From Octopus sinensis (Eukaryota), in assembly GCF_006345805.1 (NCBI RefSeq), contig NC_043005.1, positions 17,360,001 to 17,424,000 of the forward strand: a stretch of DNA of 64,000 nt. The letters are read 5' to 3'. The notes beneath the pieces are model-generated. The model had not been told where the DNA came from, did not search any database, and worked only from the letters and a program-made list of their open reading frames with translations. A program made the position numbers and the translations under genes. Below, in pieces: positions 12,400 through 25,234 of the stretch (within the stretch, counting starts at the first letter, position 1; each line of letters opens with the position of its first letter).

Positions 12400-14284
12400 A
12401 TGAACGGAGAATGTAAACACCGGCGAAAGAAATAAAACAAAAAAAAAACAGGTAAACTTAGGCTTTCGAACAAGAAACACTTTGTGTAGCATTTGTTCTG
12501 TCCCGAGTGCACAGATACTCCCTTGTTACTCACCGTTGTAGTGAACCGGTAATTGACCGTTTGGAGACCAGTAACTAACGACGCTACAAAATGCTATATT
12601 GATAAATAGAAAATTTATTTAAGCCAGCCTCGCCCTTCACCTTACAAAGCTTGAGCTTGCTGTCCGTTAAGAATAAACAAAATATTCAATCAAACACGTA
12701 TAAGGAACAAAAAGCAAAAATTGACCTCATTTAATGAGTGCAAATACATATTTAAAGACTTGCTTTGATGAAAATTATTATGATTTGTTATTTTCCTTTC
12801 GAATTGGTGCTTCAAAAAGTTTAGCCTTCTTTCATAGGGTAAAGAAGGATTGTAAACAACTTATTTTCCATTAAGGGTGCGTATTGTTTGAGCAAAGGGT
12901 GGCTTATAAGTATCGGGAAATATAAATGAATTTGTACGTTGAAGTATATGATGTTCAATTGCTTTTTAACATATAGAATATATATACTTATGCAAATATT
13001 GCATTAAGGTAAATAATGTTTTATGTGTGTGTGAGTGTAGTGTGCGTTTTGTGTGTGTGAGTGTGTGGGGGTTTGTATATATGTATGTAATATATATAAT
13101 ATGCATTTATGTGTGTACATACATACATGTAAATCAACAGTTAATGATTCATAGGTACATTACTTATTTTCACACATATGTGAAAATACGACTGTGATCT
13201 TCAGGTTTTTTTTTATTCGGTGGCCACCCCACTACCTCCAGCTATTTTGATCTAAGTTAGTGGGGTATCCACTTATTGAGGCGTCTCTATGTATAAATCA
13301 AGAAATTTCCTGTCTTGTAAGGCACCATTTACCACTAACATACAAATATCATGAACTGTTTAATGAAACGAGACGTCTGTCACTGAAGAGACAATGCATT
13401 GCAAAATCACATAATCTCAAACACAACATCCTCGTTAAAGTGGATTAAGATTGTCTTTTGATTATTTGATTGTCTTTTGATTATTTATATATTTATTCTC
13501 AATACATTCAGGCAGGTTTGGACGCAAAATATGTAGTGTACATCATAGGAGAAAAACTTCTCTCTTTTATGACGACTGTGAGAAACCTCTCTCTTTTATG
13601 ACGACAGTGTTATACCACGTCAACCAGAAGTATCTAGACCTTTGCGCCAAAACTAAGTCGCTGGCTTTGTTTATACTTTCAGCATACAGATAGTGACAAC
13701 AAATAGGCAAATGTTCATTTCAGGTGTCGCTGTACTCGGTACAAATAATGATTTGTTTTGGTCGTATGGCAGATGTAAGCACTGATCAGCAAACACTCTG
13801 TTTGCTGAAAGTATAAGCAAAGCCAGCGTCTTCGTTTAGGCTCAAAGGTCCGGATGCTTCTTGCTGACGATACACATGTTGGAACTCCGGAGTCCTCGAA
13901 AGCCGTGCGCCAATGAGCCGTGAGTGTTGAACACGGTGCCGTTGTAAAAAATAAAGAAATATCGGCGAAATAAAAAAATAAAGAAATAACGGTGCCGTTG
14001 TAAAAGGGAGACACTGTTCTCCTACGACGTAAACTACAGCGATTAGCATATTTTGTGCCTGAACTTGCGTAGACGTGTGAAGAATAAATATGAGAATGAT
14101 CGTTTAGATCTTGCAGTTCAATGAAGACAATGATTAAATTAATAGCTGTTTATGCCTAGATAACATTGCTGTCCCATCAAAGAAAGAAAAAAGAAAAAAA
14201 GAAAAGAAAAAACATAAAAACGAAACAAAAGAAAAGATTCCTGACCACGAGTCATTTAGAATAGCAACCTATTTCTTTACTACC

Positions 14285-14460
14285 CACAAGAGGCTAACCA
14301 CAGAGAGGACAAAGAAGGACAGACAAACGGATTAAGTCGATTATATCGACCCCAGTGCGTAACTGGTACTTAATTTATCGACCCCGAAAGGATGAAAGGC
14401 AAAGTCGACCTCGGCGGAATTTGAACTGAGAACGTAACGGCAGACGAAATACAGCTACGC
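14285..14460 (-). mobile_element. SINE family B
   Basis: Reverse complement of the family B body. Confidence 0.8.
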
Positions 14461-14760
14461 ATTTGCTATGTGGTTTTCTTTATAATTTAGCAGTCCAGAC
14501 TTTCTCCGGCAGCATTTTTGATCACGTGAACTGCGTTGACCAGTAAAACCTGATCTTAATACCAAGTAATTAAAAGAGACTTTATAAGCAACATTTCCAT
14601 TCATGATCCACGTCTGAAAGATAACAGACGCATTTTATGTGCGTAAAACTTTAAAAGTATTATACTAATACATAAATAAATAAATAAATAAATAAATGTT
14701 TATAAACATAAATTCCAGAAAGATGGAGTGATTATTTTTCGGTTTTACACGTAAAATTTC

Positions 14761-15088
14761 ATTATGTACATTATTTACATTATTTACATATGCTCACGGG
14801 TATATGGCGTAGTGGTTAAGAGCGTGGGCTACTAACCCCAAGATTCCGAGTTCGATTCCAGGCAGTGACCTGAATAATAATAATGATATTAAAACCACAA
14901 CAACAACATCAAAAATACCTTAGGAATAAGAACCCAGGTTCGAAATTTCCCCAAGACACCTGATGAAGGCTGGAGTGTATATCAGCCGAAACGTTGTGTA
15001 AACAACAAACAAGATGAGGACAAATATCCGTCAAAATGTAAATAATGTAAATAATGTACATAATTCCTCATCTCTTAAATATAGAACT
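14761..15088 (+). mobile_element. tRNA-headed SINE-like element carrying a hammerhead motif, bounded by a 29-bp inverted repeat
   Basis: A-box TGGCGTAGTGG, B-box GAGTTCGATTCC, AAT/AAC-rich spacer, hammerhead at 14956-14999, IR at 14761-14789 and 15036-15064. Confidence 0.7.
14956..14999 (+). ncRNA. Type I minimal hammerhead ribozyme motif
   Basis: ACAC-CTGATGA-A-GGCTG(10 nt)CAGCC-GAAAC-GTT-GTGT: intact core, 5-bp stem II, 4-bp stem I, palindromic ACGT stem III. Confidence 0.7.
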
Positions 15089-16599
15089 GAAATAAAGTTT
15101 CTTTAGTACAAATCGCATTCTGTCAAGGAGGACTACAAATGGGTATAAACTCTTGCCATTTGGTCTGACCACGGACTACCTGACGAAGTATAGATGAGTG
15201 GTCCATATACTTTTTGAGAGTAGCCGAGCGTTGAGGACTGGAATAAAGCATTGTAAACTGCACTTCTTTAAAAGTGTAACTGTATTCATGCAACATGTTG
15301 CAGACCCTACACCATGCAAGTTTAGTGAATGAGAAGCACATGAAGAACAAATAGGTTTTGGATTAATAGAAAGTGTATGTATCTGGCTACCATTTTATTA
15401 ACCGGACATTATTATACAACAGTCATGTGTGAATATATGTGGTGATTTACATGTGTGTATGCATGACTATTAAAAACACTGGTACGAATATGTGTACATG
15501 CAATTAAGTATACATACATACATACATACGTACATACATGCAATATATGTGTGTATATTTTTTCTTTTGTTTCAGTCATTTGACAGCTCCCATGCTGGAG
15601 CACCGCCTTAGTCGAACAATTCTATCGGTCGCTTTTGTCGAACCGCTAAGTTGCAGGGGCATAAACACACCAGCATCGGTTGTCAAGCGATGGTGGCGCG
15701 GACAAACACAGACACACAGACATATACGCGCGCAACACACACACACACACACACGCACACACACACATAGCTGTATTATTAAAACTTACTGTACGATAAT
15801 CTTTAAAAGGTATTCCCCAAATACTTGAGTGTTTCTTTAATCAGTTTTCGTTATCCTCTCTGCTGTCTTCTTGTAACCATCATTAAAGGTTGAAAATCAT
15901 TCTTGAACAGCAAATTCAGTATCACTCTTGGACAAAAACGAATGGTGATCGTCGTCTGCGTCACATGATTAGAATTCTGTATTGTATCAACTATGGCTGA
16001 ATGATATTATGCGACTATTATTTCATCTAAAATGTGATTCATAATATAATCTTCGCAGAAACTGATGGATTCAGTTTTAGGTGATGCCAAAAGGTAGTGA
16101 ATTCTTCATTTTTCTTTCTGAAGCTGAAAGCTTTGCAATATATTCAGTAAGAAGGTGATCCTACTGGCTCAGGAGAGCAACATTTATGAAGAACTTCTGA
16201 ATGTGAAAATCCCGTTTGCCCAAGAAATATTCGTATCTGAATTATTCTTGTAATTACATTTCGCCATTTCTGAATCTCGGTCATAACTTGTTTTGTGAGG
16301 CATTACATCAATCGCAGTATAACTGTCTAATACCATCGTCATCTTATTTTTTGCAAGATAATAGTTCTTGTGTGAAGTATAAACAGCCTATCAAACAGCT
16401 TTCTCCATGTCTGCTTTGTACTTCAGACTTTAATTTATACGATTTTGTCTCTAACGTGAGGAACTATAAAGAAGGAAAAGAAGGGGAGGGCTACGAATTT
16501 AAAAGATGACTGAATATCTTGAAGACCATAGGAAAACAAGACGACGGTAGCGAGTTCCAGAGACCAGCAGTTCGAGAAAAGAAGCACATGTGATTAGCA

Positions 16600-17150
16600 A
16601 CTGCCCCAAAATATCATCGAAATACTACCTCCCTATGTAACATGACGTTGTTACAAAAACGATATATAATGCCACTCAAGGAAAAGACTATCCTGGAATA
16701 AATTTAGAGAACCCCACCCTCTTCCTGAATACATACACAAACATCGGAACTAGAAACTCTAGTGGAATATTCCCATTAAAACATCTGCCAAGTGTAAGCG
16801 TACCAGACCGGATGTTGTTGTTTTAGACAGACAGGAAAAAGTAAGTACCGTCATAGAGGTCAGCTGTCCTGCTGGTGTGAACTCTTTGAAAATCTAAGAG
16901 AAAGAAGGTTGCAATGGACAATTGTTTCAAAAAAAAAACCCAGCTTCAAGATTCACTTTTTAAAAAATTTACATTTATAATAAGAGATAATTGGTGTACT
17001 TGGTTTTGTGACTAAATGCCTAATTGGCAAGTTGGATAAGCTAGGGTTTTCAGAAAAAGAGAAATCAACCAACAAATTTGCGCGTTGCAAATACAATCCG
17101 TAAGTGGAACAGTAAAAATATGCAAGACTTTCCTCAAGTTTAAAATGTGA
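16600..17150 (+). pseudogene. 3' fragment of a restriction-like-endonuclease non-LTR retrotransposon (R4/NeSL-like)
   Basis: Frame-broken CPKISSKYYL...HDVV, KLxWNIPIKT, RPDVVVLDRQEK, IEVSCP, IIGVLG and ICKTFLKFKM-stop. Confidence 0.7.
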
Positions 17151-17252
17151 CATTGTTTTAGTTGTCTACAGTCCAGCGATGGAACTTTGTATCTTTGTTA
17201 GAAATTAATTCATTCGTCAAAGGAAGAAATTAAATAGATAGGAACAGAAGAG

Positions 17253-17307
<55 letters not shown>

Positions 17308-17338
17308 CTATATGTATATGTATGCATATATGCGTGTG

Positions 17339-17375
<37 letters not shown>

Positions 17376-17544
17376 GAACACACCAGCATTGGTTGTCAAG
17401 CGATGGTGGCGCGGACAAACACAGACACACAGACATATACGCACACACACACACACACACACACGCACACACACATATACGACAGGCTTCTTTCAGTTTC
17501 CGTCTATTAAATCCACGCGCATATATATATATGGGAGTGGCTGT

Positions 17545-17729
17545 GTGGAAGCGCAGGAGTAGCTGTGAGGTAAGTAGCTTGCTTACCAACCACATGGTTC
17601 CGGGCCCAGCCCCACTGGAACCTTGGGTAAGTATCTTCTACTATAGCCTCAGACCGACCAAAGCCTTGCGCGTGGATTTAATAGACGGAAACGGAAAGAA
17701 GCCTGTCGCATATGTGTGTGTGCGCGCGC

Positions 17730-17773
<44 letters not shown>

Positions 17774-17960
17774 GCGTGTGCGTGTGCGTGCGTATATGTC
17801 TGTGTGTCTGTGTTTGTCCGCGCCACCATCGCTTGACAACCGATGCTGGTGTGTTTATGCCCCTGCAACTTAGCGGTTCGACAAAAGAGACCGATAGAAT
17901 TGTTCGACTAAGGCGGTGCTCCAGCATGGCAGCTGTCAAATGACCGAAACAAAAGAAAAA
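17545..17960 (+). mobile_element. SINE family A, locally copied in inverted orientation (15405-15770, 17385-17520)
   Basis: Homology to family A; private variants shared with the neighbouring inverted copies. Confidence 0.8.
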
Positions 17961-18369
17961 AATATACACACATATATTGCATGTATGTATGTATGTATGT
18001 ATGTATGTATGTATGTATGTATACTTAATTGCATGCACACATATTCGTACCAGTGTTTTTAATAGTCATGCATACACACATGTAAATCACCACATATATT
18101 CACACATGACTGTTGTATAATATATATAAATAAGTACATATATGTAAAATGTCAATATCGTTTACCGTTTACTGGTTTCAGTCATTGGACTGCAGCCATG
18201 CTAGGGTTCACCGCGTTGAACAAATCGATTCCAGGACTTATTTTTTAAAACCTGCCACTTACTTATTCGATCGGCCCTCTTTTGCTCAGCTGCTAAATTA
18301 TGGGCACGTAAACAAACCAACACTGTTTGACAAGCGGTGTATTGGTGACAAACACGTACACAAAGACAC

Positions 18370-18890
18370 AGACACACATACACACGCATGTACATACACG
18401 CGAGAAGCCCGTCGTACACACGCACGCACACACACACATACACGCACGCACACATACACGCACGCACACTTACACGCACACACACATACTCGCACACACA
18501 TACATGCACACACATATATGCACATACACATACACGCACACACACATACACGCACACACACATACATGCACACACATACACGAACACACACATACACGCA
18601 CACACACACATGCACGCACACACACATACATGCACACACACACACACGCACACACACATACACGCACATACATACACACATACACGCACACACATACATG
18701 CACACACACATACACGAACACACACATACACGCACACACACATACACGCACACACACACATACACGCACACACATACACGCACACACACACGCACACACA
18801 CATACATGCACACACACATAAAGGCACACACACATACACGAACACACACACACATACACGCACACACACATTCACAACACAACGTAGCAC
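18370..18890. repeat. Degenerate (CA)n/(CACG)n microsatellite
   Basis: Direct reading. Confidence 0.95.
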
Positions 18891-19179
18891 TACACAACAC
18901 CCGGATTGAGTACATGCACACCCAGAAGGGAAACATATGTTTTATAGACTTTAACGTACGAGACATCCATGAGACAAAACACACCAGACAACAAATTCAC
19001 ACATGCGCGCATACGCTCAGCACACGAGTTGCTAGAAATAGCAGTCAAATGTTCTTCATTTAACAAACGATCACATTGGGTAACGTGGTACTTGATAGGG
19101 AATACCTTTGGTTCATCAGCTCTGCTCAGTCAGAGCAGACCTGAGTTTTATATAAAAAAAAAAACAATAAACTATACAC

Positions 19180-19952
19180 AGCCATCACCATCACCACCGC
19201 CATCATCACCAATATCACTGCTCTAACAATCATCGCCGTCACCGCCGCCGCCGCCGCCGCCGCCATGACTACAATGAATCCGACGTCACCAACATTATTA
19301 TCACTCCACCACTTCGGCGCTCCACCGCCACCACCACCACCACACCACCACCACCACCACCACCACAAGCATCACCGCCGCCGCCATTACCAGCCAGCAA
19401 GCAAAAAATACAGTAAACACTATCATCGTTGTCACAATTACCACCACTGCCACCGTCACCACCGCCACGACGACGACGGCCACCACCACTACCACCACCA
19501 CCACCACCACCACCAACACTGCCATCGCTAACGCAAACTCGCCACCAACGCTGCTGCTAACTCCACAAATAAAACACTATTAGCACCGCCGCCGTCACCC
19601 TCCCCACCACCACCACCACTACCACCACCACCAAAAAAAAAAACAAACTTTTTTTTTTCCTTTTCTCCTTCCTCCTCCTCCTTTTTTCAAAGAAAGAAAA
19701 ATTTGCTGAGGTCTCTGCATAGCACTCCCTATCTGATGTCGCTGTAGTGTCACCGGACAACGACGCGAAGTGGAAGGGTAAGAGGGAGAGGGAGAGGGAG
19801 AGGGAGATGGAGGGGGGGGGGGGGGGCAGGGGAAGTAAGCAGTTGACTGTATTTCTTTCTCTTTCTCTCTCCACCCATCTTTAATGGGAGGCAGATGGCT
19901 GATGGGGTGTGGTTCGCAAGTCTGCTGCTGCTGCTGCTGATTGCCTTACCAA

Positions 19953-19985
<33 letters not shown>

Positions 19986-19995
19986 TTGGAGGTTG
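19180..19995. repeat. GC-rich trinucleotide low-complexity zone (CCA, CCG, CTG, GGC) with poly-G
   Basis: Direct reading. Confidence 0.85.
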
Positions 19996-20351
19996 AGGGT
20001 AAAACTTGTGACGGTGGTGCACGTTGCGCTTCTTGAGAACCGGCAGCCTTCATTCTTCAGACATTCCTGTCTTACATACATACACAGTTAAAGGATATAT
20101 ATATATATATATATATAAACACACACAGATAGATATAGATATATATAAAGAGAAAGAGAGAGGGAGAATGTCTCTCTCTCTCTCTGTCTCTTTCTCTCTG
20201 CTTCTCTCTTTCTACTTTAATTCTTTCGTATCTTGAGGGTTTTTTTTTAAGAGCATATTGTTTTTCGCAATGCATTCAGAAATGCTTGTGTGTTATGTGT
20301 GTGCACATGTTTCTGAACACACACACACACACACACACACATGAACACACA

Positions 20352-20392
<41 letters not shown>

Positions 20393-20575
20393 TACACACA
20401 CATACACAAACACGAAGACTTATGCAATAACATACGTTAGCTGTGACGCGCGGGAGAAAAGTACATTTTTCGTTTGAGATGACATCTGACCAACGCCTTC
20501 AAAGCAAAAACAAGAAACAAAAACAAAAAAAATTCAAGTAACGGTTAAGTAATGAATTTAAACCCAATCTTATCT

Positions 20576-20639
<64 letters not shown>

Positions 20640-20944
20640 CACACACCCTCCCACTTTCATGTTGTCGAACCGCTAGTCACAAGAACGTAAATAAAACGTA
20701 AAAGCTTAAGATCGCTTGTCGAGCGGATAGAGACACAAATGCAAAAATGCGTTCGTGCGCATGCGTATGCAAACGTATTTATATACAGACATACATGTTA
20801 TTGCACAGTGCGACTGAACCGAAATCTAATTTTGTTTCGAAGCGAACTATGCATCACCTATGGACAGCCCCTTAACTCTTCTTTTTTTTACCTTTCAAAG
20901 GGTTTTACAACACGATATTTACACGCTCTTATTTTTATAGTTTT

Positions 20945-21047
20945 ACCTACATTTGTAACCGAACCGCAAAGTTACGGGGACATAAACCCATCAACATCAG
21001 TTGTCAAGTGGTGATGGGGGAGAAATGCAGACACGGATGCACACACA

Positions 21048-21116
<69 letters not shown>

Positions 21117-21275
21117 GTCGGGCTTCCTGCCGTTTCCGTCTACGAAATTCACTCACAAGATTTTGGTCTGCCCGAGGCTATAGTAGAAGACATTTGCCCA
21201 AGGTGCCACACAGTAGGACTGAACCTGGAACCGTGTGCTTGAGAAGCAAGCTTCTTAGCACACAACCACGCCTCG
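20945..21275 (-). mobile_element. SINE family A, partial and degenerate
   Basis: Homology to family A. Confidence 0.7.
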
Positions 21276-21359
21276 CGCGCTCGCGTATATATATATATAT
21301 ACACAACACACATACATACACACACACATATGTATGTATATGTATGTAACCACATGTGG

Positions 21360-21480
21360 ATCGTTGGCGATTTTTACCTCCGTCTTCCTTCTCCCTTGGA
21401 CTTTCTTCCGTCTTCTATTTCTGACGAAGAGCTTTGCTCGAAACGTAAAACTGCCTTTCTTTTCTTCCCTGAGCGTCTGC
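21360..21480 (+). mobile_element. Short pyrimidine-rich element with a hammerhead motif (21418-21450)
   Basis: TTT-CTGACGA-A-GAGC-TTT-GCTC-GAAAC-GTA-AAA; homologous to 62735-62897 (minus). Confidence 0.65.
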
Positions 21481-21489
21481 TAAAACTTT

Positions 21490-21842
21490 AGGAAATGCCG
21501 GTATTTTTTTGCTGCCGACAAAAAACTGCACTTGTGCGGTGGATTTGAAAAATTATAATGTATAAGCAAGAGGCGCATGCTGGATTTGCCTCGTACTTAT
21601 ATGTTTAATCTAGGCGTACCTGTTGATGAAGACTTCGCCTAGCAAATTATTTTATTTGTTAAAAAGAGTCTGAAACCATGGTCCGGGAGATAGATGGTAA
21701 ATGTTTTTTTATTTTTGATTCCCTTCGAGTTTTTATCCCTAGTAGTGGTTTAAAATTTAGCTGTTCCTTCTAGCGTGAAAGGAATTCTATGACGGATACC
21801 TCTTATGTGTTTAAATGTACACCTCTTATGTGTTTAAATGTA
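21490..21842 (+). mobile_element. Second copy of the 295-640 repeat, with a degenerate hammerhead (21619-21687)
   Basis: CCTG-TTGATGA-AGAC...GTCT-GAAAC-CATG-GTC-CGGG. Confidence 0.55.
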
Positions 21843-21989
21843 CATATATATATATATATGATTGATCGTTCGTAGAAAACATAAATTCGGAAACACATTC
21901 CAGGAAGTAGAACATATTTAAATGGGGAAAGCCGGCTTATGGGATTACCCTGGGTTTCTCGTCTATATGGTGCTTAGCTTTATGGTGTA

Positions 21990-22780
21990 TCACCCAGGGC
22001 AGCAATACCTCCTCCGGGCACTTGATGTAGGCCTGCCTATGTGTTGAGTGTGAGGCCGCGAGGGAAAATGAATGGAAGTATAACGTCGCCATCACTAGTG
22101 ATCACTCCAAACACCATGATGCTGACTGGATGTTTGATTTTCATCACTCATGGTACATGTTTTGAGGACACGGCAAGCCAACGGTTGTTCTGTGCGTTCA
22201 CTATTTGATCCTGGCAGAAATTTTTCTTGCCTGACAAAAACTAAAGCATGTTCGGTTGGAGGGGATGTTTGAGTTCAAAAGCTTTGTAGCGCAGTTTTAC
22301 CTCTTGTCTATGATGGCTTGGGATAAAAATTGGCCCTTTCTCAACTTGTATGAGGAATACCAAATGTATTCATGCATTGCCAGCCTGATAAGAAACTCAG
22401 ACACTCCCATGTCCCTGGCGATGGACCTGATTGACTTGTGGGGGATCAGTGTCAATCATGACCTGGATCTCACCAACAAATTCAAGAGTTCTTTTCTTAT
22501 CAGAACGATCAGAGTGAGTTTTCCAAGCTGCCATACCTTTGTAATCTCCATTAGACTCATCCAACGCTTTCTAACTGAGAGGAAGTGAAAATTGCCAGCA
22601 AACGACAAACCAAGAAATCCTCCAAGTCTTGCTTACCCTCCAGCTGAGGCTATAAACAATGGTGGACATGTAGTGGCTGATATTGTAACCACAATAATTG
22701 ACAGCTTGTGGGCATCTCTCTCTAGTTTCACGAAATCGGAGAGGTACTTTATTGCTTTCAATGTAGAAGGGAAAAGGTAT
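21990..22780 (-). pseudogene. Decayed Tc1/mariner-superfamily transposase fragment
   Basis: Minus-strand translation gives KRTLEFVGEIQVMID, SIARDMGVSEFLIR, KGQFLSQA, KNFCQDQIVNAQNNRWLA and KHPVSIMVFGVITSDGDV (HTH plus first catalytic region), with stops and frameshifts. Confidence 0.75.
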
Positions 22781-22824
22781 GAAGTGCAGCTGGTCTCTTT
22801 CATGGTATTTGCTAACTTATTGCT

Positions 22825-23215
22825 CTTTTTACTCTTTTACACTTGTTTCAGTCATTTGACTGCGGCCATCTTGGAGCACCGCCTTCTAGTCGATCAAATC
22901 GACCCCAGGACTTATTCTTTGTAAGCCTAGTACTTATTCTATCGGCTCTTTTGCCGAACCGCTAAGTTACGGGGACGTAAACCCACTAGCATCGCTTGTC
23001 AAGCGATGTTGGGGGGACAGACACACAAACACACACACACATATATGTACACATATATACGGCGGGCTTCTTTCAGTTTCCGTCTGCCAAATCCACTCAC
23101 AAGGCTTTGATTGGCCCGAGGCTTGTAGAAGACACTTGCTCGAGGTGCCACGCAGTGGGACTGAACCCAGAACCATGTGGTTGTTAAGCAAGCAACTTAC
23201 CACACAGTCACTCCT
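22825..23215 (-). mobile_element. SINE family A
   Basis: Full-length homology. Confidence 0.85.
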
Positions 23216-23283
23216 GGTGGTGGTAAGATATTCACTTTATTGAAACCATTGCAGATATCATCTATTCAATCACTGTCCAAGAG

Positions 23284-23510
23284 CTGCGTTCCTCAACCAT
23301 TTTTTTAACCTTTGATTCCCATTTTACTTGAATGAAACCCTATAGCCATTCACTGTTTAAAAAAATCCTATTATATCTTTGTAATTAATTATTAGCAATT
23401 GCATGACAATAACTAATAAAATATTTTGTGTATCGTTGAAGTATAACCAATTTATTGTGCATAAACTTTAACATCAAAATCTTGTAGGTATCCCCAGTTG
23501 AGAACCACTG
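23284..23510. mobile_element. hAT-type MITE
   Basis: Ends CTGCGTTCCTCAAC / GTTGAGAACCACTG; 8-bp TSD TCCAAGAG / TCCTAGAG (7 of 8 match). Confidence 0.7.
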
Positions 23511-23604
23511 TCCTAGAGTTTCAACAAAGATTTTTATATCTGCATATTTACACTACAGATATGATTTTCAACGTCAGACTGATGTAGAAGTTCATAAGAT
23601 TAGA

Positions 23605-24190
23605 GAGTGGCTGTGTGATAAGTAGCTTGCTTACTAACCACATGGTACCGGGTTCAGTCCCACTGCGTGGCATCTTGGGCAAGTGCCTTCTACTATAGCG
23701 CCTCGGGCCGACCAAAGCCTTGTGGGTGGATTTGGTAGACGGAAACTGAAAGAAGCCCGTCGTATATATATATTGCCATGATAGATCGCTAACCATTACA
23801 CATTCTTTATTTTCTCTCCTTGTTTCTTTCTGTGTTCCTTTCTGTGGAAGAGCGTAGGCTCGAAACGTTAAAGACTTTTTCACTTCCCGAGCGTTATACT
23901 AATACATCTGTTTGTTGTCTACACCATCTGTCTTCGTCTTTTGCATTTTTTTTTGTGAATTCTCCCTATATATATATGCACATGTATGTATATGTTTGTA
24001 TTCCCCCAACATCGCTTGACAACCGATGCTGGTGTGTTTATGTACCCGTAACTTGGCGGTTCGGCAAAAGAGAACGATAGAACAAGTACTAGGCTTACAA
24101 AGAATAAATCCTGGGGTCGATTTGCTCGACTAGAGGCGGTACTTCAACATGGCCACAGTCAAGTGAATGAAACAAGTAAAAGAGTATATT
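23605..24190 (+). mobile_element. SINE family A interrupted at its (TA)n spacer by a hammerhead-bearing element (~23775-23975; motif 23838-23873)
   Basis: SINE head and tail halves are colinear around the insert; insert reads CTTT-CTGTGGA-A-GAGC-GTAG-GCTC-GAAAC-GTT-AAAG. Confidence 0.8.
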
Positions 24191-24293
24191 CTTCTTAGCC
24201 ATTGCAAAACCAAAATTAGTTGTTTGGACTCAATCTCCCAATATAATAATAAGCGTAGTATTTTTATATATTTGTATATACATATATAATACA

Positions 24294-24332
<39 letters not shown>

Positions 24333-24392
24333 GCTGTCTTCGTTTCAGCACACGACTCTCAGATCAAATCACTTGCTATGCGAGTACATCTC

Positions 24393-24425
<33 letters not shown>

Positions 24426-24430
24426 TATAT

Positions 24431-24467
<37 letters not shown>

Positions 24468-25129
24468 TATTATATAATATATATATATATATTATATATA
24501 TATATATATGTGGCGTGTGTGTTTGTATATCAATAATAATAATAATGGGTAAATTAATCAATTAATAATTAATAATTTTACCAAGTAGTTCGGTATGTTA
24601 AGAGAACCATTATCGGTAAACTTATACAAACGTTCTATAATATGAGCATAATTATAATTAGGGTTCAGCAAATTGCTGTCTGGGAGTTATCTTATGGTAT
24701 TAGAATTGTATTTTAACTTCTATTTCTAAATTTCGGTATGTGGTGAAGCAAATTTTTGCAGAACCCTAATTATAATTATGTTCATAATTATAGAATTTCA
24801 TATATATACATACATACATACATACATACATACATACATACATACATACATACATAAATATAAGAGAGTGACCACTATGTGGTTAACTCTAGTGCTAAAA
24901 ATAGCTCCGTTACTGGTATAGCCACAAAAAGATGTTTCCAAGAAGAAATAACACTCTCTTATATTATGTATAAATTTGTATTGTCTCCCTGGTTTTTATG
25001 TGCTAAGCCACTTGGTGTTAAATTGATGGTATTATTAAATTAATATCAAATTTTTCACCCTCATTTATAAATTTATACATACATACATATATATATACAT
25101 ACATACATACCTACATACATACATACACA

Positions 25130-25234
<105 letters not shown>

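Noticed and set aside
13864-13905. CTGACGA...CGAAAG as a hammerhead
   Set aside because: No stem II pairing and no NUH plus stem I
14798-14870. tRNA-like heads here and at 1850-1921, 12320-12399 and 60983-61055 as tRNA genes
   Set aside because: Acceptor and anticodon stems do not pair fully, and each continues into a SINE body
15860-16430. Complex block possibly from a retroelement
   Set aside because: No convincing motif found on either strand by eye; needs blastx
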